This document shows positions 37,695 through 61,548 of a stretch of DNA of 64,000 nt, piece after piece. The stretch covers positions 1 through 64,000 of the forward strand of contig NOWV01000180.1 of the NCBI GenBank assembly GCA_003344405.1. Reading direction: 5' to 3'. Both the position numbers and the translations under genes were made by a program. The notes beneath the pieces are model-generated. The model had not been told where the DNA came from. It saw only the letters and a list, made by a program, of their open reading frames with translations, and did not search any database. This DNA is from Trichoplax sp. H2. Taxonomy: Eukaryota. The first letter of the stretch is position 1; the number at the start of each line of letters is the position of its first letter.

Positions 37695-38028
37695 CCCCCA
37701 AAAAAAAAAATGAATGTAGCTCTACTGCAGTCTAGTTTTTCGGTCGCAATCAGCCGTTTTCTTCTCCAGGAAATCGTTACGATATGAATCTGAGGGTTGT
37801 TCCAGTTGTGACATTGCATAGAGGTTAAAGAAAGTTTTTCCGACCGGATCTGATCCATTGTTTTTACCTCGATTGGTTACATTGTAGCAACATGGTAGGA
37901 AAATGGCGTAAACCAGACAGCTGACAACTGCCAAAGCACTTATCGAGTTGTGCCAAAACTCAACACAACAATTAGCTAGACACGATGAGCAAACATACAG
38001 TACAGTACAACAAACTGCACCCCGGAGT

Positions 38029-38369
38029 GAAAGCCTTTTGCTCTACTGACTGCGACACCCCCGGGTACCCCGGTCCCCCGGTAGACACTGGTACATTACT
38101 ACACGCTTTCGACCACCGTGTCAAGTGGCCATGGTCCACACGGGCTATAGACGGCATACAAAACAATACTGGGTTAACCCCCCCCCCCCAAATACATTAC
38201 CCTACGAAAGCCTTTTGCTCTACTGACTACGACACCCCCCGGTAGACACTGGTACATTACTACACTCCAAGGTCGGACTGCGTTTTGACCACCGTGTCAA
38301 GTGGCCATGGTCCACACAGGCTATAGATGGCATACAAAACAATACTGGATTAACCCCCCCCCCCCAAAA
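38029..38369. repeat. GC-rich ~165-177-bp direct repeat (2 copies) upstream of ASAP
   Basis: GAAAGCCTTTTGCTCTACTGACT...GACCACCGTGTCAAGTGGCCATGGTCCACAC...TTAAC(n)AAA at ~38029-38192 and ~38206-38369. Confidence 0.9.
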
Positions 38370-38629
38370 TATATGACCGTCCATTACCGTATTACTGTAT
38401 CGCAGTGAAAATCAAAAATCACCAAGAATTACGGACGTAGTTTACTCCAGCTGGCATTGTCGACGATAGTGTCCATAGCAATCGTTTGGAGGATTAATCA
38501 ACAAATTTAGAAAGTATCGTGTTGTTGTTGTTCTTGCTGGTGGAAAATCGCTTAAACAAACTTTTAAGTGTCATTTCTCATTGCAATATTGGTTGATTTG
38601 CAAAGCTTGATTCATTGAGCTAAGAGAGA

Positions 38630-48294
<9,665 letters not shown>

Positions 48295-50447
48295 AGGATC
48301 GATCCTGACTAAGTTTATTCGGATACAGTAACCATGATACTTCTGCTTACAATTGCTTTTGATTTTTATCCTGTATTCGGCCTATCTTATCATTTATTTC
48401 TTAATTCGACCTTGAATATTTCCTTTTAAATGTTCTAGTTTGCATTAATGAGCATTTCGCAATTTACAATATATATCATTGTTAATGAAGTTAAAATGAT
48501 TAATTTGCTTTTGGATGCTAGAGATCTGAAATGAAAGTAATACAGTCTTAATTGTATTACGGCATTTATAGATTTGCATCGTGTATATTACGACAATAAT
48601 TACGAGTATACTTGGTCAAAGATGACGTTTTTACCGCATACATGTACTGCAATTGCTCAAATTATCCAGTTTTAACAACATTCCTTCCGGTTATGCAAAG
48701 ATAGGTTGGATTTGAAATTACTTCAGTGAATATAGTAAATCCTATGATCTTTAAATTTTATGGTACAGCATTGGCATTAAAGTTTTAATGCACATGATTT
48801 TGTTTGCAAATTACGTTTAAAAGAGGAAATTCTCTTTAAGAGTGTTAATAATATATTGTATAAAATTTGTCTATCATTTTATCATCTATTTAATTGTTCC
48901 ATTGACCTATATGCCAAATAAGTAGTTACGAATTGTATGATTTTAAACGTTACAAGTTTAATTCACCTCTGAATTTTTTTTGTAAATCCTGCATACTACT
49001 ATTATATACATACATATATATATATATATAATCAATTTATTCAATTCCAGCTTAACCATGTCTGAGTCTCTATGATAATATTATTATAATATCATGTGAA
49101 AATATTATTTTGAACGATATCTAAGTCTCCTTTTTAAACTAAAAGTTCGCAACTTCTTGCTGTTTCAAATAAACACTTTGAAATTGTTTTTTGACCTATC
49201 TGTTATCTAATATATGAAATTCCCTGATTGAGAGCATGCTTAAAATTTGTACGGCAATAAATTGTAGGCCTTGAATTACTGGTGGTTGCTCCTAACTTTT
49301 ACCTTGCACCTGCAAATTAGTATCCGACTATTGGATTTGCAGTAAGAGTATAATTAAAACTAGAAATATACTCTTGAGTGTGGCATACATAATCTAGAAT
49401 ACATTTTTTGCGTTATACGATAAGCTACTTATAAAGGAGCACCAGTATTTGACTCGGCAATGATCGGTAACATTTTAAAAGTATTTGGATACAGTTATGC
49501 CATAGTACAGTACAGTAAAGAAATCTGTTTAACACTTCAGCTTCATTATCTAATCAATTAATGATAAGGCACGCTATATTTACCTGTATATGCAATACTA
49601 CATTGTCAAATTTTTATTTCTTTAGAGCAGATATTTAGCACGCGTCATTCTTGATTTATCTCTTACTAAAAATCGTATCAAGTACAATTTTTACAATTTT
49701 ACATGTAGTAGCTGCAGACATTAAATAAGCAAAGTTAACAAAAGTGAAAATAAAAAAAAGTACGCTTATCCATAATTGAAAGAGGATAATGCTATCATAC
49801 TATATTTTGGATGTATGATAGTAAATCTCCCGTGTAGCATATAAGATAATATATCAAAACACGAATGAAAAATACCATCACATACTACTGTTACATCACA
49901 GCTGCCAACTCAGATTATCCTAAACGGAGTATAAATCAAATTCTATCCAATAAACGATACTGTAGTAAGTGGACAAATAAGCAACTTATACATCTTATAC
50001 GTAGGAAAATTCAATCAGCACTCTCTCTCTATATATACATCTATTGAGAATATGAGTTATCATTTAAGAATGTAGATGTTGTCATCTATTTAATGACTCT
50101 TGAATCAAGTAATAAAGATGCAAAGCTCAATACTGAATACAGTATACAAGTAAAATACACATTTGTTAATGTTTTTGATATTATCCAAAAAACTATAAAT
50201 TAGTATCAAAACTGTAAGACTTGTCTACAGATTTTTTGAAAGAGAAGTCGAATCTGATATGTGAACTACAATATAAGAAATTGCAAAAATTAATCAAGAT
50301 TTCTATATATAATATAATCTGCAACAGCTATATGACTATGAAAAATAGCAAGCATGGAACTTCGAGGAAAAAATTAGAATAACCGTATAGATCGTGTTTG
50401 CAACATCCTAGAGAGTTCTAACTATTTAGTTACAGGCACGACAAAAT

Positions 50448-52328
50448 CTATGGATGATACAAAGTATTATCATCGTCACTCATTAATGAATCAGGAACTG
50501 TTTGATCAGATCCTTTCCTGTCAATGAGATTTATGGGTGTGTAAAATGTAAAGCTCTTAGCATACAACCATGGATGTTGTAAGATAGCTTCTGCTGTTAA
50601 TCGTTGCTCAGGCTGGAGCCGTAGCAAAGCTTTAATCAAACATTTCGATTTCGCGGAGATAGTATCTGGTAAATCATAAGTGCAGTTACGAATTTTTTCA
50701 AATAGCTTATTCGGATCGGTATCTTGGAAGGGATATTTACCAACAACCATTGTGTAAAACATGACGCCTAAACTCCAAATATCAGCACTTTTACTAGAAT
50801 AATAGCCTCCAGGTTGCAGCATTTCCGGTGCGACATAAGCTGGGCATCGATGTTTGATTGATGGCTTATCGTTTGGGTCAACAAGTATACAACCATCTTC
50901 TAAACCATCGATGACGATAGTATCCCTATGTTAAGAAAGATTAACGGAAGTGTTCAATATATACTTAATTACACAATATTATTGTTAATTATGTGATTAT
51001 CTACAATACGAGTTAAGTCGTACGGATTAAATGATTGAACGTATATACATCGATTTTATCATTCATACTTGAAATTAAATGTATGTATAGAAGTATAAAT
51101 TATTACGGGAAAAAATTGTGTACTCAAGCTATTACAAAGCAGAACGAAATTAATACAAGAATTAATTATTGCACGTAGCTGTTCCAATTCACGAAGACTT
51201 TACAATTACATTGGCACACTGAAGGTATAGTATAAATTTTTAAATTGATCACCATAATGGATACATCCTTCGGACAATCAATGAGAAAATATGTACTGTA
51301 CAAATTCAGAGATATAACATAAAGATAGAGCCATTGGATTCACACCCGATGATAATCACAATAACTACGACATACGGACATTAAAGTAAATATCACCGAC
51401 AGTCATCTTTGATCCATTCAGCTAACTCTCCATAAAATTTGAATTATTATTCTATAAAAATTTTCAAATAACTGAACTAATAAAGTCCTACATGAAACAA
51501 ATTGTTATAAAATAGCATTGATTAGGTAGCTACAGTATGTTATACGTATGTCTACTGGTCTAAATACACTACTATCTCATGTCAAATTATATAAGGGGCA
51601 ATCTGGCGTTTTGATTATCATTACTGTTTGGAATCTTGTATTCGAAATCATGATTACTGTACCAATGTGATGTGTACCAGTAAAAGAGATGAATAATGGT
51701 ATTACAGAGCAAGTGTATGTGTCTTAATCTAATGGTCTGTACGCTTAGTATACAGTATACTGCATTGTTATTTTTTAGTTCTTTTAATTTAGTCGTGATT
51801 ATACTTTGCAGTCGTGTTCAAAAAGTTAGTTGCTAACCATTTACAGTATGCGTCACATTGTAAATACCTATTAGTATCCATAAAAAGGAATTTTCGTAGC
51901 TTTAAATCGTTCAATATAATGCCATGTTTATGGCAATGAGCAACAACTTGAACAATTTGACGAAAGATAGAAAGGCAATCCTCTTCGTTAATACAACCAT
52001 TTTTGCGAATATAGGAATAAAGATCGTCGCAATGGCGATCATAAAAGAGATAAGCGTATCTTCTACCAAGTACAACTTGTACAATGCGATTGATACTCGG
52101 ATGAGCAGGTAACTGATCAAGGAGTATCATGTACTGATGAAATTGTTCAATCGATAATATTTTACAATTATATTCCACACCAAGATGGGCATCGATAGCA
52201 CGAATAGAAGTATCAGTATCGCCGCCATTATGACGAGAGTTTGAACGATTTGGAAAGAGTAAGTATTGACCAATCTTGAAAATATTGTCCGTCATATCGG
52301 CAACTCCATAAGTTTGATTTTCGTCCAT
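50448..52328 (-). CDS. TRIB: Tribbles pseudokinase, 2 coding exons (52328-51868, 50925-50448)
   Basis: LNDLKLRKFLF catalytic-loop variant, GLED in place of DFG, KHRCPAYVAPE, MEK-binding-type ILQHPWL, COP1-binding-type DQTVPD. Confidence 0.94.
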
Positions 52329-52566
52329 AATACACGTCTTAATATTTTATACTGTATTAATAACATATATTTTTTTTAATCTCTTTCTTGATAAAGCCTA
52401 TCTATGTAGATATTTACAGTAATCTCGATATCTTGTTTGTTAAATATGAAACAAATGCTGAATATTTTAAAATGATTAAATGGGATTGCTAACAAACAGG
52501 ATTGTTGAAGTGGGCTGTTTGATGAGCGTCAAGCGTCAAATGATAGCCGCCAGACTTTACACTTAC

Positions 52567-52802
52567 TATTTATAAGATTGATAAAATTAAAATACTGTAT
52601 AATTAAAATTTTGAAGACAAAAACAATACAACAGAGGATATTGCTTGAAGAAAAATGGCTATTCTATATATTGTTTTAATAAGGCACTAAAGTTACGTTA
52701 TTGTAGCTAGATGAAATAGTTAATTTGATGGATTGTGGGTGTTGACGATGGAGAAGCTGATCCAATAAAAGCAAAGCGAATGAACTGATTTCCTGACGCA
52801 AT
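52567..52802 (-). promoter_or_regulatory. Tribbles promoter: TATA box and C/EBP-ATF composite site
   Basis: TATAAATA on the minus strand at 52567-52574; TGACGCAAT at 52794-52802. Confidence 0.45.
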
Positions 52803-54814
52803 CAAGGAAAATTTCGGCCCTATTATAAAATACCGTAATATGAAAGATAATTTAAATTAGTACATCTAGAAAGAATATGCTTTAGTAGGTTAATAATTAT
52901 GGAGATTTAATTACTTGTACCGCGCTATAACATTTCAATATCACAACTATACATTGTATGGATTGTATGATATGAAGAGAAAATGAAAAAAAATTTGTTA
53001 CTTTCTCTTGACTTAATTTTTACTATACTGTAGAAAGGACTGCAATTTAATTTCATCAAAAATTATCAAGTATTTCGATCTTATTCAGGATAAAAAAATA
53101 AGATCCAAGATAAACCCTATTCAATAACTTGGATACAATATCGATGTCTAAAATATGCAATATCAAGGATGATTAGACTAACCGACAAAAATATAGAGAA
53201 GAATCCAATCCAAACTCCAAGCTAGTAATGGAAATGGTTTAATCTCAATTGTTTTACTGTACTGTACTGTCGCGGCTGAAGATGATGTTTTTTATTACTA
53301 TTATTATTGTCCGGCAATAAATTGAATTTGGATCAACGTTGTACTAACTCAGTCTTTATTTATACTGTATATATATATATACATCGATGATCTTTTCCAT
53401 CAGTTTGTAAATCTATTCGCATTCAGGTAAGAGTTTAAGTGTAGAGATTGTATGGTCGAAGTTGCGATGAAAGGTTATGTTGTTGTATATATATATATAT
53501 CGACTGAATGTACTACAGTATAGCACGGTAATGACTCCGATCGTGTTCCACGAAGTATGAGTAAGTAGAATAAGATTTTAAATCTATACACGTATACACA
53601 GTATTTTTTTCAATTCTTAATATGTAATAATAACTATAGTTAATGGTGCAAGAGAAGATGTTACAATCTTTAATTTCGCCTTATCTTGAGTCTACCACCA
53701 CCACTACACTGTATCCACGATGAAGAAAGTTACAAGTGTAATGTTGAATTTCCAGTCTGAATAACGTCAAGTATAATCCAATGGATGGAACCGAAAATAA
53801 TAGGAGAAAAAAAAAGTGATGTAATCTTGAATGGTAGTAAAGTTGTTGTCGTCTACAAGAGCGTACAGTCGTCAATTTGCAACTGGAAACTCTCCACTTT
53901 TGGTATCAAGGTGATTTGAAGTCGTGAAATAGGGTAGCTAAAGTCAACTGTGAGAGGGAGAAAAAGTAATTTCACCTAATCTCGAACGAAGAGATGCGCC
54001 TATGTCGAGACTACTTGAAGAAATGATATTGAATCAAGCTCCAACACTGCTATAATCGTTCGATTTCAATTGAATTTTTTTTTTTCTCTTTAGCTTGCCC
54101 AATAGGATAGAGGAGACTAATTGGAGTTGCAATGAATTGTCTGCAATATTTTACTTTGTGCAATGCAAGCTAGTATCCATATTTGGATAGTGTATTTGGA
54201 ATGAAGATTTCCTTTCCTGATTGAATGTTGGAATAATAATCCCCTCCAGTGATAATAATACAATTTGTCTGGTTGGTATTCTACTGTCTCTTGCAGCCAG
54301 CAATCGATCATTCAAATCAAGGCCACAACCACTGGAAAGAGTCAATCTATTCCACAGGCCAATGGAGGAAATTGAATTTTTTTTTTGGGGGGGGGGGGGT
54401 TTCACTAAGCGTTGGCCAATTTTTCACTGAAGGTTGGAAAAAATGTTCACTGTGAAATGGACATGGTGGCTTGACTTGACGATTTTGCTGACGCTAAAAA
54501 AGAAAACTCTCATTGAAATTCAATGCTGTCGACAAGTTTTTCAAGAATTTTGGCTGACGGTGCTATTAATCCAACTGTGGTAGAATCAAGTCGTCGTTTT
54601 AATTGAATTGCAAATATGTCTACGTGTAGTCTAAATTGACAAATGTAGGCCAAAGAAGCAAATTAATACGGCGACATTTTCTTTGGGATAGACCATCAAC
54701 GCGTCGACGAAGCGCAACTAGAGTCAAGCAAGTGAAGGCGTCCGCGTTGGGTCACTCGGCCACAACGCTACAACTCGTAGTGTGTTTGACCGTGGGAGAG
54801 CGTTTGACGTGACT

Positions 54815-54938
54815 TCATTTCCGTCGACGTAATAATCCACTATTGTACTGGATTGTATTGTACTCATCGTTACGACCTTTGTCTCGGTTGGCTCATTTCC
54901 GTCGACGTCATAATCCATTCTTGTACTGGATTGCATTG
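54815..54938. repeat. Imperfect direct repeat (~46 bp, period 78)
   Basis: TCATTTCCGTCGACGT.ATAATCCA...TTGTACTGGATTG.ATTG at 54815 and 54893. Confidence 0.85.
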
Positions 54939-55748
54939 ATACCGACTCGTCCCTTGTACACCACTACTACAAGACAGTATCATACGGTATTGTTGTAATG
55001 CAATGACTCAATGTGACTAAAATAGAAAGAGTCAAGATTTTCCTTTGTTATCACGTTATCTTAACCCACGATCGTCCTCCAATACAAAGGGCCTACTATG
55101 CCTGTTGTCGAGTACAGAACAATGATTTGTGTACACTAGTCGAGCCTGGCCCAACTCTGTCCACTACAGGACCGATCAATCAATCCCGTTTTCGACAATG
55201 TACAATTTGCAGCGATCGCTGCAAATTTTTCTCACGGTCGACAAGATAATCCACTGTAGATTGTAGACCCAACCACTTGCAGAACCTTTTTGCGTCCATT
55301 TGACTCCAACTATGGAGGCAAATGCATGAAAATCGATCTTAAAGGTGTCTGCTATTTCTTGCCACTACTGGCCCTACTGTGTACAGTAGACTACTAAAAT
55401 TGCTACAATTACCGTGTACAAGTTGGCTAGTTTTGGTCATTGTTTACAGACGCACGCTAAGGCTGAGGGGTCGTAGTACAGTACGGCGTAACGACGCGCG
55501 GTACGCCCATACCATATCATCAAATCACATCGACATTGGTAATGACGTGTATAGTACTGTATCACATTGGTATTGTTACTGCAATGACTCACTTTTCATA
55601 CATTTCCTACTGTCACACGGCGTGACAGTCGCAGTCAAGAAGAAATAAAAAAAAAATGGACTATGTGCCAGTGAATGACATTAGTCCAAATGGCCTGCCT
55701 GTTGGTCAAGATGGCAAAATTGAGTAGTTTTGGACTATAAAGTGTACA

Positions 55749-56753
55749 GCCAAGGTCCAGTTTAAGATAAAGTCTTTGAGGTTATCACGGCATTTGAACA
55801 GGAAGTAATCCTAAAAATGCATTTTTTGTCGGCGCAATCAATAAATGTCCCACTATTTTATAGCGTACAATGATCGAATCACATTCGATATAGGTTATGA
55901 GCGTAATTGCACACAGTACTACGCTATCACAAATATTCCTGCCAAGGTACAGTCTTTGAGGTATCACGACATTTGAACAGCAGGAAGTAATCCCAAAAAT
56001 GCATTTTTTGTCGGCGCAATCAATAAATGTCCCACTATTTTATAGCGTACAATGATCCAATCACATCGATATTGGTTATGAGCGTGATAGCACACAGTAC
56101 TACGCTATCACAAATATTCCTGACGGCATGCAGACATACAAAGTTCCTCCAGGCCTAGTTGGTAGTGATCGTGTTTGTAATGGATGAAGGAATTTCCCTA
56201 CGGGTCTTCCCATACAGATTGAAGTCAACGTCATTTCTTGGTCCATTAAACATTATATTATCAATAACGCTGCTGTACAGTGTACATACTGCCTTGCCGA
56301 ATCGAATTTCTCCAAATCTGTGACGTAATTGNNNNNNNNNNNNNNNNNNNNGCCAAGGTCCAGTTTAAGATAAAGTCTTTGAGGTTATCACGGCATTTGA
56401 ACAGGAAGTAATCCTAAAAATGCATTTTTTGTCGGCGCAATCAATAAATGTTCCACTATTTTATAGCGTACAATGATCCAATCACATTCGATATTGGTTA
56501 TGAGCGTAATAGCACACAGTACTACGCTATCACAAATATTCCTGACGGCATGCAGCCATACAAAGTTCCTCCAGGCCTAGTTGGTAGTGATCGTGTTTGT
56601 AATGCATGGAGGAATTTCCCTACGGGTCTTCCCATACAGATTGAAGTCAACGTCATTTCTTGGTCTATTAAACATTATATTATCAATAACGCTGCTGTAA
56701 TTTGTACATACTGCCTTGTCGAATCGAATTTCTCCAAATCTGTGACGTAATTG
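55749..56753 (+). repeat. Three tandem diverged copies of a GCCAAGGT-initiated unit spanning a 20-N gap
   Basis: Copies at 55749-55940 (short), 55941-56331 and 56352-56753; gap at 56332-56351. Confidence 0.9.
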
Positions 56754-58928
56754 TCGCTAATTAAATTACTTCAACTTCCATCCAAATAAATAGGGATAAG
56801 TATGACGCAGGAGAAATTATTCATTCTTCAAATTATTCATTGGCCATGAGTCATCATCAGAATTCGATCAGAATTAGATCAATTTCTTGTCTCGATGGAT
56901 ACAATTAGGGAGATGATATAATGATATCGCATATCATTCATTCATCGCTGGTCAAGTTTCTATACGAGTACGCGTCTGTTCAAAAAGGATGAACGATACC
57001 TAACCATTGAATAGGGACGATCATTTCTTTGGCTAGTCCTTGAGACAGCATACAAACGTACGCAGTATCGACAGCGAGCGTTTACATTGCACATAATATA
57101 CCTACAAACCAATCGAATCGGATAAAGCCACAACAAGAAATGATTGTCCTGTAATTATTTTCATCGATCTGGTCAAGTACTTGAGCCGTATTAAATACTA
57201 TCATAGGATCGTATCGATCGATCAATCTACCGTTATATTCATGTGCAATCATTTACGCATTGAGCTTTCAATTAAAAATATCAAATATAGAGCACATCCT
57301 TGCAGCCTCGAAATTAATATCTCAAGTATTGTACAGTGAAATACTAGTAGGTTGAAACGATGCCAACACAATCAAAACGCGAATGCCGTATCAATAATAG
57401 AATTCGCGACTATTTGTCACCGGATTAGGATGATTGAATGACAATCTCTAGGCAAAAGACAAAATTAAATTGAAATTGAATGACAGTCAATGAGTACCCG
57501 ATTACCAGCTAACTGATAACCTACTCATTAGATGAATCATCGTCTCAAGCTGATGAACGATGGATCATGCCATCGAGTAATGATGCGGTACCTCCCATTG
57601 CCTTCAAAATAGCCGAGCTAACATATGCAAGATAGCTTTAATTTGAAAGCAAATCAACAATAGATCAACCCATTTCAGTTTTATTTATTCTAGTTTAGGT
57701 GTTGCAATCAATGTAAAATAACGTATTTTAGATTCCGTAAATGTTTCAAAATTAACTATCCAGTATGATGCTGAGGACATACTGTACTCATAGAAATCAC
57801 ATCTGAATTACTTCAAATTTGAAAGACCTATCAACTCTGTACAATACTCATATGCCGTTGTTATACAGTACATAAATGTTATGCATTTATTATCGTACTC
57901 TATACTACAACCTATAGTGCAGTTAGTTGAACTACAACCATCAATCTAGATAATGATTGAGTGGCTGCTTGCGATAATTACAAACAAGCCCTCAGAATGT
58001 GGGGTAGCATTGGGTACAATTTATACCAGATTTCGCCGGGCAATCAGTATTAGATGCTTAGTAGATAGTACTGTACTCGTCTACTATTTTATATTGGTTA
58101 GCTTGTGCATTAATACGATGCAATACTACATACTGTGTTAGTATTATATATATTTAAGATTGCCATTGTATGTTTGCGCTAATTCGATATTACCTAAATT
58201 TAGTAGGTTATAAACTTACTATTACCAATTGAGAGAAGTAAGAACCTTCAATATGGTTGCTAGTATTCGCTCTAGATAGTAATACATAATAGATAGGATA
58301 CCAGTATTTGTATGTTGGTATTGAGTGGCACATTAGAAATTCGTATTAGAAGATAATTTGGTATAGAGCTAAAGCTCTTTCCACTGCTGCATACAAGTAT
58401 ATAAGATTTTTTCAATACTCAGTCTTTCAAACACAATAACTAATACAGCATTTAGAAAATGATAGTACTTTTCTAAATACTGTTAGTAGCAAGAAAATGC
58501 TATAGTAATGCTGGTTAGACTCAATGCACTTATTCTTATATCCTTGATGATAATACTACAGTATACGTGTAGTGCTAAAGTTGATATTAAATAATTATCA
58601 GCAACGCAAAGATACGTAGCAAATGAAACTAAATTTTCAAATCTTATTGACTACAAGTAGCAAACAGTAAAGCTGACCATTACAAGTTACAATATCTACT
58701 CTAAATTCAGATGACAACACTGTTCATGCTATAACACAATAACTTTTATATTTTTATCTCCTATATTTCACTATACGTAAGTACAGGTAAATTGAAGAAC
58801 ATCGTTCTATTGTAGAAAATTATCTTACAGTAAAATGATAGTAATTATCTGTCCCTGCTTCTTATTAAAAATTATTAATTAAAGCCATCAATTCTACCTA
58901 AATGACACGCGAATAACACTTTTATTTA

Positions 58929-59175
58929 TATATGAAATTGTTAAACTATATACGGTCAACATAGCAATTTAATTTCGCTCATTTCATTATAGATCATAGC
59001 CTCGTTACTTGAAATCGGTAAAGGGTATTCTGTTTATATCGTTCTTGTATATATCTTGTATATGAAATTGTTAAACTATATACGGTCAGCATAGCAATTT
59101 AATTTCGTTCATTTCATTATAGATCATAGCTTCGTTACTTGAAATCGGTAAAGGGTATTCTGTTTATATCGTTCT
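58929..59175. repeat. ~117-bp near-identical tandem duplication (period 130) downstream of ECHDC3
   Basis: TATATGAAATTGTTAAACTATATACGGTCA...GGGTATTCTGTTTATATCGTTCT at ~58929 and ~59059 with about 3 substitutions. Confidence 0.95.
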
Positions 59176-59366
59176 AGTAAAGATAACATAATAGACGACT
59201 ATCGTTCACTGAATTCACATCAAATCAATTAAAGCTGTTTTTAAATTTTTTTGCTAAAATCAGATTATTGTCTTAAATCACTACAAATATGTATGATTTA
59301 GATATGTAAGATAATTATACATTATGCCATCTCTTATCCTACAATCTCTATTGTTGGTAGGCATTT

Positions 59367-61548
59367 TTAATCCTTCCAAACTGGCTGGCGTTTATCTACA
59401 AAAGCATTGATGCCTTCCTGACAGTCATCATAATTTAAATTTCGCAGCATAGCATCCGAAGCGTAACTGTATATAAAGTATAATACAGGATTAGAAAAAA
59501 GCTATTCATAGTTGCAGTTAAAAGCTATCAAGGAAAATGAGATCAAGTAAAACAGATCTCAATAATCTAAAATCGCTAATACATCGTGTTTTCTTTATAC
59601 CTGTAAGCTTCATCACGACTTTTCTGTATTTGCTTATAAAAACAAGCTTTACCTAATGCCATTACTGAGCGACTAGAAGAGCTAATTTTTTCTGCAATCC
59701 TGGTAGTCTATTTTACGCATATATGAGAAATCTGTTTAGCCCTTACTGCATATAATGAACTAATGAAAAAATTACGATTACTGAAAGCAATTAATGATTG
59801 GACATGAACATTTTTTATCGAAATTCAATCTTACTTCAGTTTCTAGTTCCTCATGAGGTACCACTTTGCTGACTAGGCCGTGCTTTAACGCCTCTGTTTG
59901 TAAAGAAGTATTACTGGAAACACTCTTATGACTGAAGTAGAACATACAGCTAAGATATAAAAATATCAGTGATTTATTCATTAAAGAACTAGCCACCTTG
60001 CGCTGTAATAGCTTCTCCCGTAAGCAACATTTGCATAGCAAGTTTTCTAGGGACTGCCCTAGCTAATGCCACTGCTGGGGTCGAGCAGAAGAGGCCAACG
60101 TTCACGCTATAATAGGGCATCAATAAAAGTGATTTAGCTACTAATATGTGACCAAAGGGGTGTACAGTACGTGCTAAATGAGATGAGATAACAGTAAATT
60201 ACTAATAACCAATGCTGTACTGAAGGATAATAATCATTCTATTTATTAATTTCAATGATATAAAAAATTATCATCTGTAGAATGCAATGGTGTGAAGAAC
60301 TAATGATTACTGGTGTGGACATGAATTCAATACCCTTCTGTAGACTAATTGGATATTGGATTATCTTTGTCCTCTAAAACTAGAATCTGCGATGGCATAC
60401 GTGTATAGTATATAATGTTACCGTTACTTCCAACGTGATGCAGTTGATTATTATCTATACTTTATGTACCCTGGAGTTGCAAATCTTGACGATTCTGATG
60501 CAATAACTACATCACAACTAGCTACAAGTTGGCATCCCGCAGCCGTTGCTAAACCTTTAAAAAATTAATTATTTGTACATTAAATTAAATTATAATTATT
60601 AGCCTTTGAAAATACCACTAATAATATACAATCAAAATCATTATCGTGAATCACTTATTATTACCGTTGACTTCAGCGATGACAGGGACTTCGGTATCCT
60701 GTAAATTGAAATTATCATGTCTCAGATTACGTGAAAAGTACAATTGGAAAAGCGGTTAATATACGTGCGATTAGCTCTAGTATATGGACAGTATTACTAG
60801 TATCATCTATGTATTCAATGCTACATTGCTGCAACTTAGCAGCAAAGTGGTGTCATCAAGGCTTTCATTTCAAATACTAACCTGAATTAATTGCATCACC
60901 TTCGTACAAGCATCAAAGATGTCTTTATGATAGTCATGTCCCGTTGCATCAGTCTGTTGCAATGAAATTATAAAGTAACTATTTTACACGCTTATCATAC
61001 TCTGTACTGTACTGTAATTTAGGCATAAATAAATACGCAAATATATTCCTGTTGTCAATAATATTATATCCTCCAAGAATATTGTTACCGTATTTGCGAC
61101 AATTTTATTACCATTTATCAGATTTATTATTTATGAAGGTAGCTACCTATTGATAAATGTACCAAAATAATCCTCATACAAATAAGCGTACAACTATTAT
61201 ACTGCACTTACTAGTTCCCTCAAGTCGTGTCCAGCAGAGAATACTTTTCCAGATGAGCAAATAACAATAACATGTGGCGGTTTGCCATCAGATTCTTTTT
61301 CGATAGCACTTTTCAACGATTTCAGAAGGTCCAACGATAACGCATGACTAGTTGATTGAATAAGGAAGCATAAGATAGCCATGTTAATTTTATGACTAAG
61401 GGCAATCTGAGGTCATGAGCAGCTACTTAAATCAGTAATAATAAAAAATAATTTTACTTAACTGCTTTTTAGGATTATTTAGCTGGATCCTTCTAATCCC
61501 ATTCTTTTCCGTAACTAGTGTCAACTCCTGTTTGGCACTATCCGACAT
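59367..61548 (-). CDS. ECHDC3: Enoyl-CoA hydratase domain-containing protein 3 (crotonase family); N-terminus may extend to an upstream exon
   Basis: [99 protein letters not shown]. The ATG at 61548 directly follows an acceptor-like AG. Confidence 0.92.

Noticed and set aside
37972-38245. 86-aa and 64-aa ORFs in the GC-rich repeat
   Set aside because: Arise from the direct repeat; the second copy does not keep the frame.
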